Below, piece after piece: positions 9,939 to 20,652 of a DNA stretch of 64,000 nt. The notes beneath the pieces were generated by a model, which did not search any database, was not told the origin of the DNA, and saw only the letters and a list, made by a program, of their open reading frames with translations. Origin of the DNA: Candidatus Woesearchaeota archaeon (GTDB taxonomy: Archaea > Nanobdellota > Nanobdellia > SCGC-AAA011-G17 > UBA489); assembly GCA_964343875.1 (NCBI GenBank), contig CAYFJW010000001.1, forward strand, positions 9,696 to 73,695, written 5' to 3'. The position numbers and the translations under genes were made by a program. Position 1 is the first letter of the stretch. The number at the start of each line of letters is the position of its first letter.

Positions 9939-10787
9939 ATGGTAACTAACCAAATCAAGACATTCGCATTGTTGGTCCTATTATCTGCGATTATCTTCTT
10001 AATTGGAGGCTTACTTGGTGGAAGAACAGGATTAGTAATAGCCTTAATCCTAGCACTACTAATGAACTTCTTCTCATATTTTTATTCACATAAAATAGTC
10101 CTAGCAATGTACAAAGCACAAGACTTACCAAAAAGCAAAGCCCCGGAAATACACGCGATGGTTGAAAAAATTAGTAAGAAAGCAGGAATACCCAAACCTA
10201 AAATTTACTTAATACCTTCAGAAAATCCAAATGCATTTGCAACCGGAAGAAATCCAAAAAATGCAGTTGTTGCTTTCACTTCAGGAATTGCAAAGATACT
10301 AACAAACAAAGAACTAGAAGGAGTTCTTGCACACGAAATCGGACATGTAAAGAATAGAGACATATTGATCTCAACAATAGCGGCAACATTAGCAACTGTA
10401 ATCATGTACATGGCATCCATGGCAAGGTTTGCAGCAATCTTCGGCGGATCAAGAGACTCACAAGGAAACTCAAACATTGTTCAAATATTAGTTTTATCAA
10501 TTGTAGCACCAATAGCAGCGATGATGATACAGTTTGCAATATCTAGATCAAGAGAATTCATGGCAGACGCAACTTCAGCTAAATTAACAGAAGAACCAAA
10601 ACACTTAGCAAGTGCATTACAAAAACTAGAAGACTTTTCTAAGAAGATTCCAATGCGCCTAGGAAACCAATCTACAGCCTCTCTATTTATTGTTAATCCA
10701 TTCAGTGGAGTAAAAGCTGCAAGACTATTCTCCACACACCCATCAACACAAGAAAGAATTAACAAACTAAACGCAATGAAGTTCTAA
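9939..10787 (+). CDS. htpX: HtpX-type M48 zinc metalloprotease
   Basis: Two N-terminal TM helices, HEIGH zinc motif (LAHEIGHVKNRD), downstream EFMAD and C-terminal HPSTQERI. Confidence 0.9.
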   Translation: MVTNQIKTFALLVLLSAIIFLIGGLLGGRTGLVIALILALLMNFFSYFYSHKIVLAMYKAQDLPKSKAPEIHAMVEKISKKAGIPKPKIYLIPSENPNAFATGRNPKNAVVAFTSGIAKILTNKELEGVLAHEIGHVKNRDILISTIAATLATVIMYMASMARFAAIFGGSRDSQGNSNIVQILVLSIVAPIAAMMIQFAISRSREFMADATSAKLTEEPKHLASALQKLEDFSKKIPMRLGNQSTASLFIVNPFSGVKAARLFSTHPSTQERINKLNAMKF

Positions 10788-10827
10788 GAAGGGATGTTTT
10801 TTAAATGAACAACCTTAAATAAGTCAT

Positions 10828-12012
10828 ATGGGTGATACAGGTTTTAAGAATTTTTTGAAAGTTTCTTCTTTAATTCTAGTGTTCACTCTTATTGTTTATT
10901 CGCCGACATTGATTCAAAATACAAAAACGAAAGAAGTAGTAAATGTGATAAAAGACACTTTCTCCCCGCAGTCATCTAACCCAAACAGTGCAACACAAGA
11001 AGATCCATCAAAAACAGAAAAAGTACCCTTGCCTCCACCAAGTCCAACAACCCAAGACAGCGACACACAAGAAGCAGACAACAATGAGGATGAAGAAGAG
11101 TCTGATGATGAAAACAATAATGGGGACAACGATGAAAACAACGAAGAGGACGATGAAGACTCCGGTGGAGACTCAAGTGACAGTGATTCTGACAAGGACG
11201 AATCCAATGATCTTGGAGATGGAAACCTAGATAGCGATATTTATTTTATAGAAACTGATTTTGAAAGCAATTCTATACCTGGTTTTTGGCATACACAATT
11301 TGCAAGACCTGGTTCTGGTGTGATTGTCACAGATATAACAAGAAATGGCAACTATGCTCTAAAACTAAATGTAAAACATGGAGATTATGCAGTTCAGCAT
11401 GATGCAATACATGGTAAAAGTAGGGCTGAATTGAGCCTGAGAGAAGAATATGCTGACGAATACCCTATGGACGACAGACCAATATTTTATGGATGGAGTA
11501 TGTACCTTCCAGAGGATTACTACTTTGATCAAGGTATCACTCACGATGGATTCAACATTCTCGGGCAATGGTACCACCGTTCTGATTTAGCAAACGGGGA
11601 AACCTGGGAAGATTGGTTGAATGCACATGGTGGAAAAGGCATGCCCCCTTCATTCCAGGTTAGATATGAAGAACAAGCGGACGGCACAACTGGATTAGGC
11701 CTTGTTTGGAAACCCTATCCAGACACCATCGCAGAACTTATAGCCTCCAAAGAAATTAATCTGGGCGAATGGAATGACATAATCTTTGAAATAAAATGGT
11801 CCACAGATAACGACGGATATGTTAAAGGGTGGATTAATGGCGAATCATTCACGAATGGAAAGATCCATGGTAGGAACATGTACAACCCTACGCCAAAGAA
11901 CCTAAAATTAGGATTATATCGGGGACCAAACGTTCTTTCAGAAAACAATGTTTATTATGATGAAATAAGAATCGGAGGATCTTACGAAGAAGTTGATCCT
12001 AGCAATTATTAA
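10828..12012 (+). CDS. Secreted protein: signal anchor, acidic low-complexity linker, C-terminal ConA-like/polysaccharide-lyase-like domain
   Basis: N-terminal hydrophobic segment. C-terminal motifs YGWSMYLPEDY, NILGQWH and LKLGLYRG resemble the heparin-lyase-I-like polysaccharide lyase fold. Domain call from memory only. Confidence 0.45.
   Translation: MGDTGFKNFLKVSSLILVFTLIVYSPTLIQNTKTKEVVNVIKDTFSPQSSNPNSATQEDPSKTEKVPLPPPSPTTQDSDTQEADNNEDEEESDDENNNGDNDENNEEDDEDSGGDSSDSDSDKDESNDLGDGNLDSDIYFIETDFESNSIPGFWHTQFARPGSGVIVTDITRNGNYALKLNVKHGDYAVQHDAIHGKSRAELSLREEYADEYPMDDRPIFYGWSMYLPEDYYFDQGITHDGFNILGQWYHRSDLANGETWEDWLNAHGGKGMPPSFQVRYEEQADGTTGLGLVWKPYPDTIAELIASKEINLGEWNDIIFEIKWSTDNDGYVKGWINGESFTNGKIHGRNMYNPTPKNLKLGLYRGPNVLSENNVYYDEIRIGGSYEEVDPSNY
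11053..11238 (+). repeat. Low-complexity D/E/N/S-rich coding tract
   Basis: Translated QDSDTQEADNNEDEEESDDENNNGDNDENNEEDDEDSGGDSSDSDSDKDESNDLGDGNLDSD. Confidence 0.8.
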
Positions 12013-13182
12013 TTACTTCTTCAGCCATTCAATTTCTTCTTCATCCAAACCTAAATCAGGTAGTTTGCCATGTTTTGCCAACATTTTCAAATGAGGTAAA
12101 TCTTCTTGTATAAATCCTTTCTTAGAAGTATGAAATTTACTAGAAAGCTTCTCAGATATGGTCTTCCTCTTAAAGTTCTTCTGATTATTCATCCAAATCT
12201 TCAAGGGCCTACTCCCGCGTTTGTACATAACAAATCCTTTCTTACTTTCATCCTTAGAAAATGCAACGCCATTACTCAACAACTGATAGATATAAACCAA
12301 ATATCTCCAATGTTGCCATCTCATAATTCTTCTATTAAAAACATCAGCCTTGCTTAGGGAATCAAAAGCTTTAGCTAGTTCCTCGCCCCTGTATTCATAA
12401 GGAATATTCTGTTCCAACCAAAGAATTAATTCCCTATGATCTTCCTTAACAGTATCATAAACACCATTAACATTATCCCACTTATTACTCTTCAATACAA
12501 TCCTTAAAGCATCAGTTATCTTACCTTCCTTACCACGTTCATTATCCTCATTATCTTCGCACAAATCAACCCTGCCAAAACAAGAATGTATCTGTAAATC
12601 ATTTATTGCAGCCCTCAAATCCCCTCCAACCCTTCTACCAATAACTTTCAAATCTTCCTTGTCATATTCCACATTCTCAGCCTTGCAAATCCTTTCGAGA
12701 ACCTTGACAATACTCAGATAATTCATAGCATTAAACTTCACAACCTCAGACTTCTTACGGATGGTATTAATCTTGGAACTCCACGGATCCTCAGCACATA
12801 AAATTAGAGCATGTTTATTGTCCTTCATCAACTTAGACAAGGCTTGAACACCTCCACGATCTTCACGCCCGGCAATTCCATTTATTTCATCAACCAAAAC
12901 TATCTTCTCTTTAGCAAACAAACTTTGTTGCTTCAAACTACCGCCGACAACAGTATTCACACCTTCGGTGTTCCTAAAATCAGAAGCGTTCATCTCAATT
13001 AGCTCATAATCCCCTTCTTTAGCAATAGTCTCCACGGCCGTGGTCTTGCCACACCCAGTTGGACCAGAAATCATTGCAATCCCTTTCTTATCAATAATTT
13101 CTTTTAATTTAGAAACAGAAGAGCCACCGACGGCAAGCTCATTAACATCTTTCGGCTTATATTTTTCACACCATGGCTTCAT
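12013..13182 (-). CDS. rfcL: Replication factor C large subunit
   Basis: AAA+ Walker A GPTGCGKTT, Walker B VLVDEINGI. Directly downstream of and overlapping rfcS. Short (389 aa). Confidence 0.85.
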   Translation of the reverse strand: MKPWCEKYKPKDVNELAVGGSSVSKLKEIIDKKGIAMISGPTGCGKTTAVETIAKEGDYELIEMNASDFRNTEGVNTVVGGSLKQQSLFAKEKIVLVDEINGIAGREDRGGVQALSKLMKDNKHALILCAEDPWSSKINTIRKKSEVVKFNAMNYLSIVKVLERICKAENVEYDKEDLKVIGRRVGGDLRAAINDLQIHSCFGRVDLCEDNEDNERGKEGKITDALRIVLKSNKWDNVNGVYDTVKEDHRELILWLEQNIPYEYRGEELAKAFDSLSKADVFNRRIMRWQHWRYLVYIYQLLSNGVAFSKDESKKGFVMYKRGSRPLKIWMNNQKNFKRKTISEKLSSKFHTSKKGFIQEDLPHLKMLAKHGKLPDLGLDEEEIEWLKK

Positions 13183-14141
13183 TTTAAGATTCCAAAACTA
13201 GCAAGAAGCGCTTCTAACTGAAGAAACTCATCACTACCCTCAACCATTCTAAACTCAATTTCTCCACACTTCTCGATCATCTTCATTTTAACTTTCCCGT
13301 CAATATCTAATTTTCCGGCCTCGGCCTGTATCTGTTTAATAATATCCATGCCGCTTAAACCATTATTCAACATTATGTCCAATAGCTTATTCTTAGCCTT
13401 CTCAAATGCCCCATCTAAAGCCATCATTAAAACAACATCAATCTCCTTGGGCTTAGCAAAATTAGCAATCTCATAAACAGTATCAGCATTAACGGTCTTA
13501 TTCACAGCAGAAGAACTATGCAATGTGTTTATTGCTCTTCTAACATCCCCTCCACTAACATCAAACAACGCTTCTTTTGCAGTATCATCTAACGTAAGTC
13601 CTTCTTTCTCTGCAATTTGGCCCATTAAATCAGTAATATCTGTTTTATTCAAGGGTTTAAACTTAAACACAGCACACCTACTCTGTATCGGGTCAATTAT
13701 TTTTGTAGGGAAATTACAACTTAAAATAAATCTAGCAGTTCCAGAATAACTCTCCATTGTTCTTCTCAATGCTTGCTGCGCTTCCTTAGTTAAGCTATCA
13801 CACTCATCCAAGTAAACAATCTTAGGAAACTCAGTTCCAATTGCTTTTGTCCTTGCAAAATCCTTAACTTTATTTCTAACAACATCAATACCTCTTTCAT
13901 CAGAAGCATTTGTTTCCAAAAAATTCCCCCTCCAATTATCGCCAAATAGCTCTTTAGCAATAACTAATGACAACGTAGTCTTACCAATTCCAGCAGGACC
14001 TGCAAACAACAAGTGAGGCATATTCCCTTTATCAACAAAAGCCTTTACTTTCTCAACTACATCTTTTTGACCATAAACTTCTGAAAATTTAGAAGGTCTA
14101 TACTTCTCAGTCCACATTTGTAAAGAATCTGCGCTCATCAT
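13179..14141 (-). CDS. rfcS: Replication factor C small subunit
   Basis: WTEKYRP, GPAGIGKTT, DECD, SRC motif (PIQSRCAVFKF). Confidence 0.95.
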   Translation of the reverse strand: MMSADSLQMWTEKYRPSKFSEVYGQKDVVEKVKAFVDKGNMPHLLFAGPAGIGKTTLSLVIAKELFGDNWRGNFLETNASDERGIDVVRNKVKDFARTKAIGTEFPKIVYLDECDSLTKEAQQALRRTMESYSGTARFILSCNFPTKIIDPIQSRCAVFKFKPLNKTDITDLMGQIAEKEGLTLDDTAKEALFDVSGGDVRRAINTLHSSSAVNKTVNADTVYEIANFAKPKEIDVVLMMALDGAFEKAKNKLLDIMLNNGLSGMDIIKQIQAEAGKLDIDGKVKMKMIEKCGEIEFRMVEGSDEFLQLEALLASFGILK

Positions 14142-14245
14142 CCAAAAATATCAAATCCGATTTATAAGTTTTGTTGGGTTGGAGAGTAAATAGCCTAAAA
14201 AGGATAGCATAACCTATTTAAATGCCTCTCCAAGAGTGAACACCT

Positions 14246-17080
14246 ATGCCGAGTTCCAACATAACTGAAAGGGAGAATAAACTAACCGAGTTTTGGGAAA
14301 AAAACAAAATCTTCGAAAAGTCAGTAGACTCTAAACCCAAAACAAAGCAGTACGTCTTCTACGACGGCCCTCCTTTCGCTACAGGAACACCACACTATGG
14401 ACATATCCTAGGACTCACTTCAAAGGATCTATTCCCAAGATTCTGGACAATGAAAGGTTACAGGGCAGAACGTAGATGGGGATGGGATTGTCACGGTCTT
14501 CCAATTGAAAACATCGCAGAAAAAGATCTAAAATTAAAAGATAAAAAAGAAATTGAAGAAATGGGCGTAAAGAAATTTAATGAGTTCTGTCGCTCAAAAG
14601 TTTTAGAGTTTGCAAGCAAATGGAAAAAAACAGTTAGACGTATGGGAAAATGGATCGAGTTCGATAACGCTTACAAAACAATGGACAACACCTATATGGA
14701 ATCCATCTGGAATATTTTAAAGAAACTTTATGATAAAGGCTACATCTACGAAGGAAAAAAAGTTCTATTATTCTGTCCAAGATGCCAAACCCCATTGTCA
14801 AATTCAGAAATTGCCATGGACAAAAGTTACAAAACAATCACAGAAAAAACAGTTACTGTTAAATTTAAACTAAAAGGCGAAGATGCATACTTCCTAGCCT
14901 GGACCACAACGCCCTGGACACTAATAGGTAATGTTGCTCTGGCAATTAACCCAAACCTAACTTATGTAAAAGTAGACCACAAGGGAGAGAAATTAATCCT
15001 AGTTAAGGACCAATTAGAAACTCTTGAAGGAGAATACAAGGTATTAGACAAATTAAAAGGTGAAAAACTAATACACAAAGAATACGAACCCCTCTACCAT
15101 ATTCCTTCAGATAAAAAAGGACACTACATAATCAATGGGGGAGATGAAGTTACGGCAGAAGATGGAACAGGCATAGTTCATATGGCTCTCTATGGGGAAT
15201 TTGATTATGAAATGATCAAGAAGTATGACCTGCCAGTAATACAACATATTGGTCACCATGGTAAATTACATGCGGGACCAAAAGAGTGGATAAACACATG
15301 GTTCAAACATGCAGATGAAAAAGTAATATCTGACCTAGAAAATAGAGACCTTTTATACTCTAAAATTGACTACTCTCACGAGTATCCTTTCTGTTACAGA
15401 TGTGAAACTCCATTATTCTACAACGCAGTTGACTCTTGGTTTGTAAACATTCAAAAAATCAAATCCCAATTACTGAAAAGAAATAATCAAATTAACTGGT
15501 ATCCAAAAAACATCAAAGACGGCCAATTCAAACATATAGTAGAAACTGCCCCAGACTGGGGGATTTCAAGAAACAGGTTCTGGGCCACAGCCCTACCAAT
15601 TTGGAAGTGTAACAAATGTGAAGAAGTAAAGTTCATAGGTTCAATAAAAGAACTACAAGAAAATGCTACAAAGAAAGTACAGGATAACATAGACCTTCAC
15701 AAGCACATAGTAGACGATATCAAACTAAAATGTAAATGTAAGGGCGAAATGGAAAGAATCCCAGAAGTCCTAGACTGCTGGTTTGAATCTGGAGCAATGC
15801 CATTTGCAGCAAAGCATTACCCTTTCGAAAACAAAGCTTGGTTTGAAAAAAACTTTCCTTCCGATTTCGTCTCAGAGTATGTTCCTCAAGTAAGGGCTTG
15901 GTTCTACTACATGCATGTAATATCTGTCCTACTATTCGATAAAGCACCATTCAAGAACGTAGTTGTATCTGGAAGCATTCTAGCAGCAGACGGGTCTAAA
16001 ATGTCCAAATCAAAAAACAACTACCCAGATCCAAGTGAAATATTTGAAAAATATGGTGCAGACGCATTAAGATTCTATTTAATGTCAACCCAATTAATGA
16101 AGGCGCAAGACCTAAACTTCCATGAAGAAGAGGTAAGAGAAGTCTACAGAAAGGTAGTAATGCTATTATCAAACATAAAAAGTTTCTATGAACTATTTGG
16201 AAATGAAAAAGTTTCACTAAAAGCACCCAACTCAGACAATATTTTAGACAAATGGTGCATAAGCCAAACAAACTCATTAATTGAAAACGTAACTAACTCC
16301 CTAGACAGCTATGACACACCAATGGCATGCAGGGAAATAATGTCATACATAGAACTTCTTTCAAAATGGTATGTAAGAAGAAGCAGAGACAGATTCAAAT
16401 CAGAAGATAAATCCGATGCAATCCAAACATTGGCATTTGCACTGCACACCTTATCAAAAGTTATGGCGCCAATAACACCATTTATCTCGGAAGAGATACA
16501 AATGATGTTCAAAAAGAACAATAAATTAGAAGAATCTGTTCACTTAGAATCATGGCCGAACACAAATAAAAAGGCAATCGATGAAAAATTAAACAAACAG
16601 ATGGCAATAACAAGAGAAATTGTAAGCAGAATTCTAGAAGAAAGAGAAAAAGCAAAGATCTCAGTAAGACAACCATTGTCAAGTGCAAGTATAATCTCAC
16701 CGGACAAACTAAACAAAGAATTCATTGAACTAATAATTGATGAAACAAACTTAAAGAAAATAAATATTACAAAAGTAGAAGACAATCAAGTGTCTGCAAA
16801 ACTAGACATCAAAATCACAAAAGAATTAGAACAAGAAGGATATTTCAGAGAAGTCTCCAGAAAAGTCCAGGACCTTAGAAAGAAAGCAAGGCTAGTTCCA
16901 AGAGATAGAATCTCCCTGGTTATAGACTCTGACTACGACCTAATGGATTTTAAGGAACAATTAATGGGCCGTGTTGGGGCCGTAAATTTAGCATTTGGAG
17001 CCCTAGATGGCAAGTATCATGTCCAAAAAGAAGAGAAAATCAAGGACCACTCATTCAAAATAGCATTTAACAAGCTCTAG
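14246..17080 (+). CDS. ileS: Isoleucyl-tRNA synthetase (archaeal/eukaryotic type)
   Basis: DGPPFATGTPHYGHIL (HIGH), WDCHGLPIE, editing-domain region, KMSKS (GSKMSKSKNNY). Confidence 0.95.
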   Translation: MPSSNITERENKLTEFWEKNKIFEKSVDSKPKTKQYVFYDGPPFATGTPHYGHILGLTSKDLFPRFWTMKGYRAERRWGWDCHGLPIENIAEKDLKLKDKKEIEEMGVKKFNEFCRSKVLEFASKWKKTVRRMGKWIEFDNAYKTMDNTYMESIWNILKKLYDKGYIYEGKKVLLFCPRCQTPLSNSEIAMDKSYKTITEKTVTVKFKLKGEDAYFLAWTTTPWTLIGNVALAINPNLTYVKVDHKGEKLILVKDQLETLEGEYKVLDKLKGEKLIHKEYEPLYHIPSDKKGHYIINGGDEVTAEDGTGIVHMALYGEFDYEMIKKYDLPVIQHIGHHGKLHAGPKEWINTWFKHADEKVISDLENRDLLYSKIDYSHEYPFCYRCETPLFYNAVDSWFVNIQKIKSQLLKRNNQINWYPKNIKDGQFKHIVETAPDWGISRNRFWATALPIWKCNKCEEVKFIGSIKELQENATKKVQDNIDLHKHIVDDIKLKCKCKGEMERIPEVLDCWFESGAMPFAAKHYPFENKAWFEKNFPSDFVSEYVPQVRAWFYYMHVISVLLFDKAPFKNVVVSGSILAADGSKMSKSKNNYPDPSEIFEKYGADALRFYLMSTQLMKAQDLNFHEEEVREVYRKVVMLLSNIKSFYELFGNEKVSLKAPNSDNILDKWCISQTNSLIENVTNSLDSYDTPMACREIMSYIELLSKWYVRRSRDRFKSEDKSDAIQTLAFALHTLSKVMAPITPFISEEIQMMFKKNNKLEESVHLESWPNTNKKAIDEKLNKQMAITREIVSRILEEREKAKISVRQPLSSASIISPDKLNKEFIELIIDETNLKKINITKVEDNQVSAKLDIKITKELEQEGYFREVSRKVQDLRKKARLVPRDRISLVIDSDYDLMDFKEQLMGRVGAVNLAFGALDGKYHVQKEEKIKDHSFKIAFNKL

Positions 17081-17081
17081 C

Positions 17082-17097
17082 GTCTCTAAGGAGAGAC
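17082..17097 (+). terminator. Perfect 6-bp hairpin immediately after the ileS stop
   Basis: GTCTCT-AAGG-AGAGAC starts 2 nt after the TAG at 17078-17080. No oligo-T tract follows, so terminator function is uncertain. Confidence 0.3.
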
Positions 17098-17166
17098 ACC
17101 ATCCATTTAAATACCTTTAAATACTCAACCTCTCCCATATATAAATCAAAAAGAGGGCATTGGAAT

Positions 17167-17751
17167 ATGGGGGATAAAATGCCAAAAAAAACAACCAAAA
17201 AAACAAGTTCTAAAAAGAAACTAGACATCAGGATAGTAAACATAGTATGTTCTTCATCCCTAGGACAAGACATACCTCTGATTAGATTGGCGGAAACATT
17301 GCCAAACACAGAATACAATCCAGAACAATTCCCTGGATTAATCATGAGAATCAGAGAGCCAAAAACTTCTGCACTTATCTTTTCCTCAGGAAAGATCGTC
17401 AATACGGGTGCAAGATCTCTTTCAAAAGTAAGAGAATCCATTGACAAAATAATCGAAAACCTAGCTAAAGTCAATGTTAAGATCAAGATTCAACCAAAAA
17501 TAGAGGTTCAGAACATGGTTGGTTCTGGAAGTATTGGAATGGATTTAAATCTAAACTCCTTAGCTATGGAATTAGAAAACACAGAGTACGAACCTGAACA
17601 ATTTCCAGGGTTAGTTTATAAATTAGCCGGCACAAGAGCAACCTTCTTGCTTTTCAGCAATGGTAAAATTGTTTGTACAGGTACTCGTTCTGAAAAGAAA
17701 TTGAAAGAAGCTGTTACACAGCTAATTGATGTTTTAAAGAAAAAGAAATGA
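17167..17751 (+). CDS. tbp: TATA-box binding protein with Lys-rich N-terminal extension
   Basis: Two TBP repeats: IVNIVCSSSLGQDIPL...EYNPEQFPGLIMR and VQNMVGSGSIGMDLNL...EYEPEQFPGLVYK. Confidence 0.95.
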   Translation: MGDKMPKKTTKKTSSKKKLDIRIVNIVCSSSLGQDIPLIRLAETLPNTEYNPEQFPGLIMRIREPKTSALIFSSGKIVNTGARSLSKVRESIDKIIENLAKVNVKIKIQPKIEVQNMVGSGSIGMDLNLNSLAMELENTEYEPEQFPGLVYKLAGTRATFLLFSNGKIVCTGTRSEKKLKEAVTQLIDVLKKKK

Positions 17752-17822
17752 TGGGGCAATTCCCCATTCCCCTTTTTCAAAATATATTATTTACCGCACA
17801 TATAGCCTTCAACCTATAATTC

Positions 17823-17830
17823 TTTAAATA
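17823..17830 (+). promoter_or_regulatory. TATA box (TTTAAATA) upstream of mcm
   Basis: Matches archaeal TTTAWATA consensus. Lies about 28 nt upstream of the ORF start at 17858, implying a leaderless or near-leaderless transcript. Confidence 0.45.
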
Positions 17831-17857
17831 TTCGCCACATCTCAGTAAGACCTACTT

Positions 17858-19897
17858 TTGGGGGGGCGCGAGTCCGTGGTTAATGCACAAGAACAAATTG
17901 AGAAGTTTCAGGAATTTTTGGAATTAAATTATCAAAAAGAAATACATTCTTTAGTTAAGCAAGGTGCAAGAGCACTTTTAGTTGACTTCAATAACATTTC
18001 AATGTTTGATCCAATTCTAGCAGAAGAAGTTCTTAACGAACCAGAAGAATCTTTCAAGGCAGCAGAAGTTGCACTATCTCAATTTGATATTCCCAACAAG
18101 TACATTAAAGTTAGATTCTTTAACATCCCAGAATCACAAAAGCTACTAATAAAAAATATTAGAAGCGAACATATAGACAAGTTTATTTGTTTTGAAGGGA
18201 TTGTAAGACAGTCATCGGACGTAAGGCCGCAAGTAATTTCTGCAAAATTTGAATGTCCTGCATGCGGTAATAATATTACAATGCCTCAAATCGAAGAAAA
18301 ATTCAAGGAACCAAATAGATGTTCTTGTGGCCGTGTCGGTAGATTCAAACTTATAGACAAGTTACTCGTAGACTCCCAAAGACTAATCCTGGAAGAACCT
18401 TCAGACAACCTAGATGGAGGGGAACAAGCCAAAAGACTTCCAATCTACCTAAGGGATGACTTAGTTGAACCTAAAATGGAGAAGAAAACAACCCCCGGTT
18501 CAAGAGTCACGGTCTATGGCCTGATTAGAGAGGTCCCAATACAATCCAAAACAGGTGGACAATCAACAAGGTTCGACCTATGTTTAGAAACAAATTACGT
18601 AGAACCTGCAGAAGAATCATATGAAGAAATAATCCTCAACGAAGAAGACATGGCAGAAATACATCAATTAGCAAAAGATCCAAAGATCCATGAGAAATTC
18701 CTTTCATCAATTGCCCCTTCAATTCTAGGGCATGAAGATATCAAAGGCGCATTAATACTCCAATTAATGGGGGGAGTAAAAAAGGAAACAGGGGACGGAC
18801 AAAAGATAAGAGGAGACATTCACATCTTATTGGTTGGAGATCCCGGAGCAGCTAAATCTTCATTAATCAAGTTTATCGAAAATGCAGCACCAAGAGCAAG
18901 GTACGTTGTTGGACGTGCAGCAACTTCAGCAGGAATTACTGCGAGTGTGGTGCGTGATGAATTCATCCGTGGTTGGGCATTGGAAGCAGGAGCAATTGTT
19001 TTGGCAAGTGGCGGTTTCCTATTACTTGATGAGATGGATAAGATGTCAGAAGAAGATACATCCGCAATGCACGAAGCAATGGCACAACAAACTGTTACAA
19101 TAAGTAAAGCAAATATTCAAGCAACATTATCTGCACAAACATCTGTTCTCGCAGCAGCAAACCCAAAGTTTGGCCGTTTTGATCCATACCAACCAATCGC
19201 TGCCCAAATAGATCTTCCACCAGCATTAATTAACAGGTTTGACTTAATTTTCCCAGTAAGAGACCTACCAAATAAAGAAAAAGATACATTAATCGCATCT
19301 CACGTTTTAGAGTTACAACACAATCCCCAATCAAAAGAGCCGCCAATAGAACTAGAACTAATGAGGAAGTACATAGCACATGCAAAACAAGCAATCAACC
19401 CAATCCTAACCCCTGGGGCAATTGAGGAAATAAGAAACTTCTATGTCAACCTAAGAAACTCAACAACAATCGGAGACGTAGACGCAGTTAAACCAATTCC
19501 AATTTCAGCACGACAACTAGAGTCCCTTGTACGTCTAGCAGAAGGATCAGCTAGAATAAGGCTTTCATCAAAAGTTACAAGGAGCGATGCAAGAAAAGCA
19601 ATATCCGTAATGAGATACTGCCTAATGCAAGTCGGATTAGACCCAGAAACAGGACAGATTGACATTGATAGAATCTCAACAGGGGTTACAGCCTCAACAA
19701 GAAACAAAATCCATATAGTAAGGGAAATATTAAGCTTGTTTGAATCAAAAGGAAAAAAATCAATTCCAATGGAAGACATAATTGCCGAAGCAACAGATAA
19801 AAAGATATCAGAATCACAAGTAGAAGAAATTATTGAAAAACTAAAAAGGGAAGGAGAAGTATACGAGCCAAGAAGAGGATTCATAAGCAAAATCTAA
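17858..19897 (+). CDS. mcm: MCM replicative helicase
   Basis: Zn motif CPACGN...CSCG, Walker A LLVGDPGAAKS, Walker B LLLDEMDKM, arginine finger SRFDLIF, C-terminal wH. The track start is TTG; a GTG at 17876 is an alternative. Confidence 0.95.
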   Translation: MGGRESVVNAQEQIEKFQEFLELNYQKEIHSLVKQGARALLVDFNNISMFDPILAEEVLNEPEESFKAAEVALSQFDIPNKYIKVRFFNIPESQKLLIKNIRSEHIDKFICFEGIVRQSSDVRPQVISAKFECPACGNNITMPQIEEKFKEPNRCSCGRVGRFKLIDKLLVDSQRLILEEPSDNLDGGEQAKRLPIYLRDDLVEPKMEKKTTPGSRVTVYGLIREVPIQSKTGGQSTRFDLCLETNYVEPAEESYEEIILNEEDMAEIHQLAKDPKIHEKFLSSIAPSILGHEDIKGALILQLMGGVKKETGDGQKIRGDIHILLVGDPGAAKSSLIKFIENAAPRARYVVGRAATSAGITASVVRDEFIRGWALEAGAIVLASGGFLLLDEMDKMSEEDTSAMHEAMAQQTVTISKANIQATLSAQTSVLAAANPKFGRFDPYQPIAAQIDLPPALINRFDLIFPVRDLPNKEKDTLIASHVLELQHNPQSKEPPIELELMRKYIAHAKQAINPILTPGAIEEIRNFYVNLRNSTTIGDVDAVKPIPISARQLESLVRLAEGSARIRLSSKVTRSDARKAISVMRYCLMQVGLDPETGQIDIDRISTGVTASTRNKIHIVREILSLFESKGKKSIPMEDIIAEATDKKISESQVEEIIEKLKREGEVYEPRRGFISKI

Positions 19898-19898
19898 A

Positions 19899-20615
19899 AT
19901 GGAAAACTTTCAAAAAAATAAACCAATGCAAAGGCAAGTAGCGTTCAAAATTTGGATCTCCAACTTAAACAATGGCAAGTTTATACAAGGATCAAAGAAC
20001 GGAGAAAGTTTCATCCCAAGCTGCGTAGACCTAAACAATAAAAAAATCTCAAGAGTAAACCTAATAGCGACAATTGTAGATGTTTTCAAAAGTGAAGATG
20101 GAAACTATTTCTCTTTCACCCTAGACGATGGAAGCGGTACAATTAGAATTAAAGCATTCAATGAGGACACAAACAATCTACTGAACTTCAACAAGGGAGA
20201 CAGAGTCCTTGTAGTTGGACGAGTAAGAGAATACCAAGAAGAACTTTACATTTCACCAGAAATAACAAAAAAAATAACAGACCCAAATGTAGAATTAATA
20301 AGGAAAGCAGAACTCCTAAATATTCTAGGAAAACCAGAAACAGAAGCACATTTATCAAGAACACAATTTGTACCAGCCCAAAACCAAAACAACGGAGCAA
20401 TCAAACAACCTCTCCAAACACAAGACCCCTCACATGAAGAGCTCAGGCAAAAAATAATCAATCATTTAATGGCCAATGATGAATCTGGAGTGGAATTATC
20501 TGCCCTTTCCCAAGTAATCAGCAAGGATGATCCAACCACTGAAACAGTAGTCAAAGAGCTCCTAACAGAAGGAGAAATCTACGAAAACAAGCCAGGACAC
20601 TACAAGGCAATCTAG
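19899..20615 (+). CDS. RPA32/Stn1-like OB-fold protein with C-terminal winged helix
   Basis: OB core VNLIATIVDVFKSEDGNYFSFTLDDGSGTIRIKAF...GDRVLVVGRVREYQEELYISPE. C-terminal wH-like VVKELLTEGEIYENKPGHYKAI. Starts 2 nt after the mcm stop. Confidence 0.6.
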   Translation: MENFQKNKPMQRQVAFKIWISNLNNGKFIQGSKNGESFIPSCVDLNNKKISRVNLIATIVDVFKSEDGNYFSFTLDDGSGTIRIKAFNEDTNNLLNFNKGDRVLVVGRVREYQEELYISPEITKKITDPNVELIRKAELLNILGKPETEAHLSRTQFVPAQNQNNGAIKQPLQTQDPSHEELRQKIINHLMANDESGVELSALSQVISKDDPTTETVVKELLTEGEIYENKPGHYKAI

Positions 20616-20652
20616 CCAAAACTATTAAAAAGCGTACTTCTAAGTCCATTCT

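Noticed and set aside
17067-17486. 139-aa minus-strand ORF overlapping the ileS 3' end and the tbp 5' half
   Set aside because: It is antisense to TBP and shows no motifs. The tbp promoter and hairpin occupy the intergenic part.
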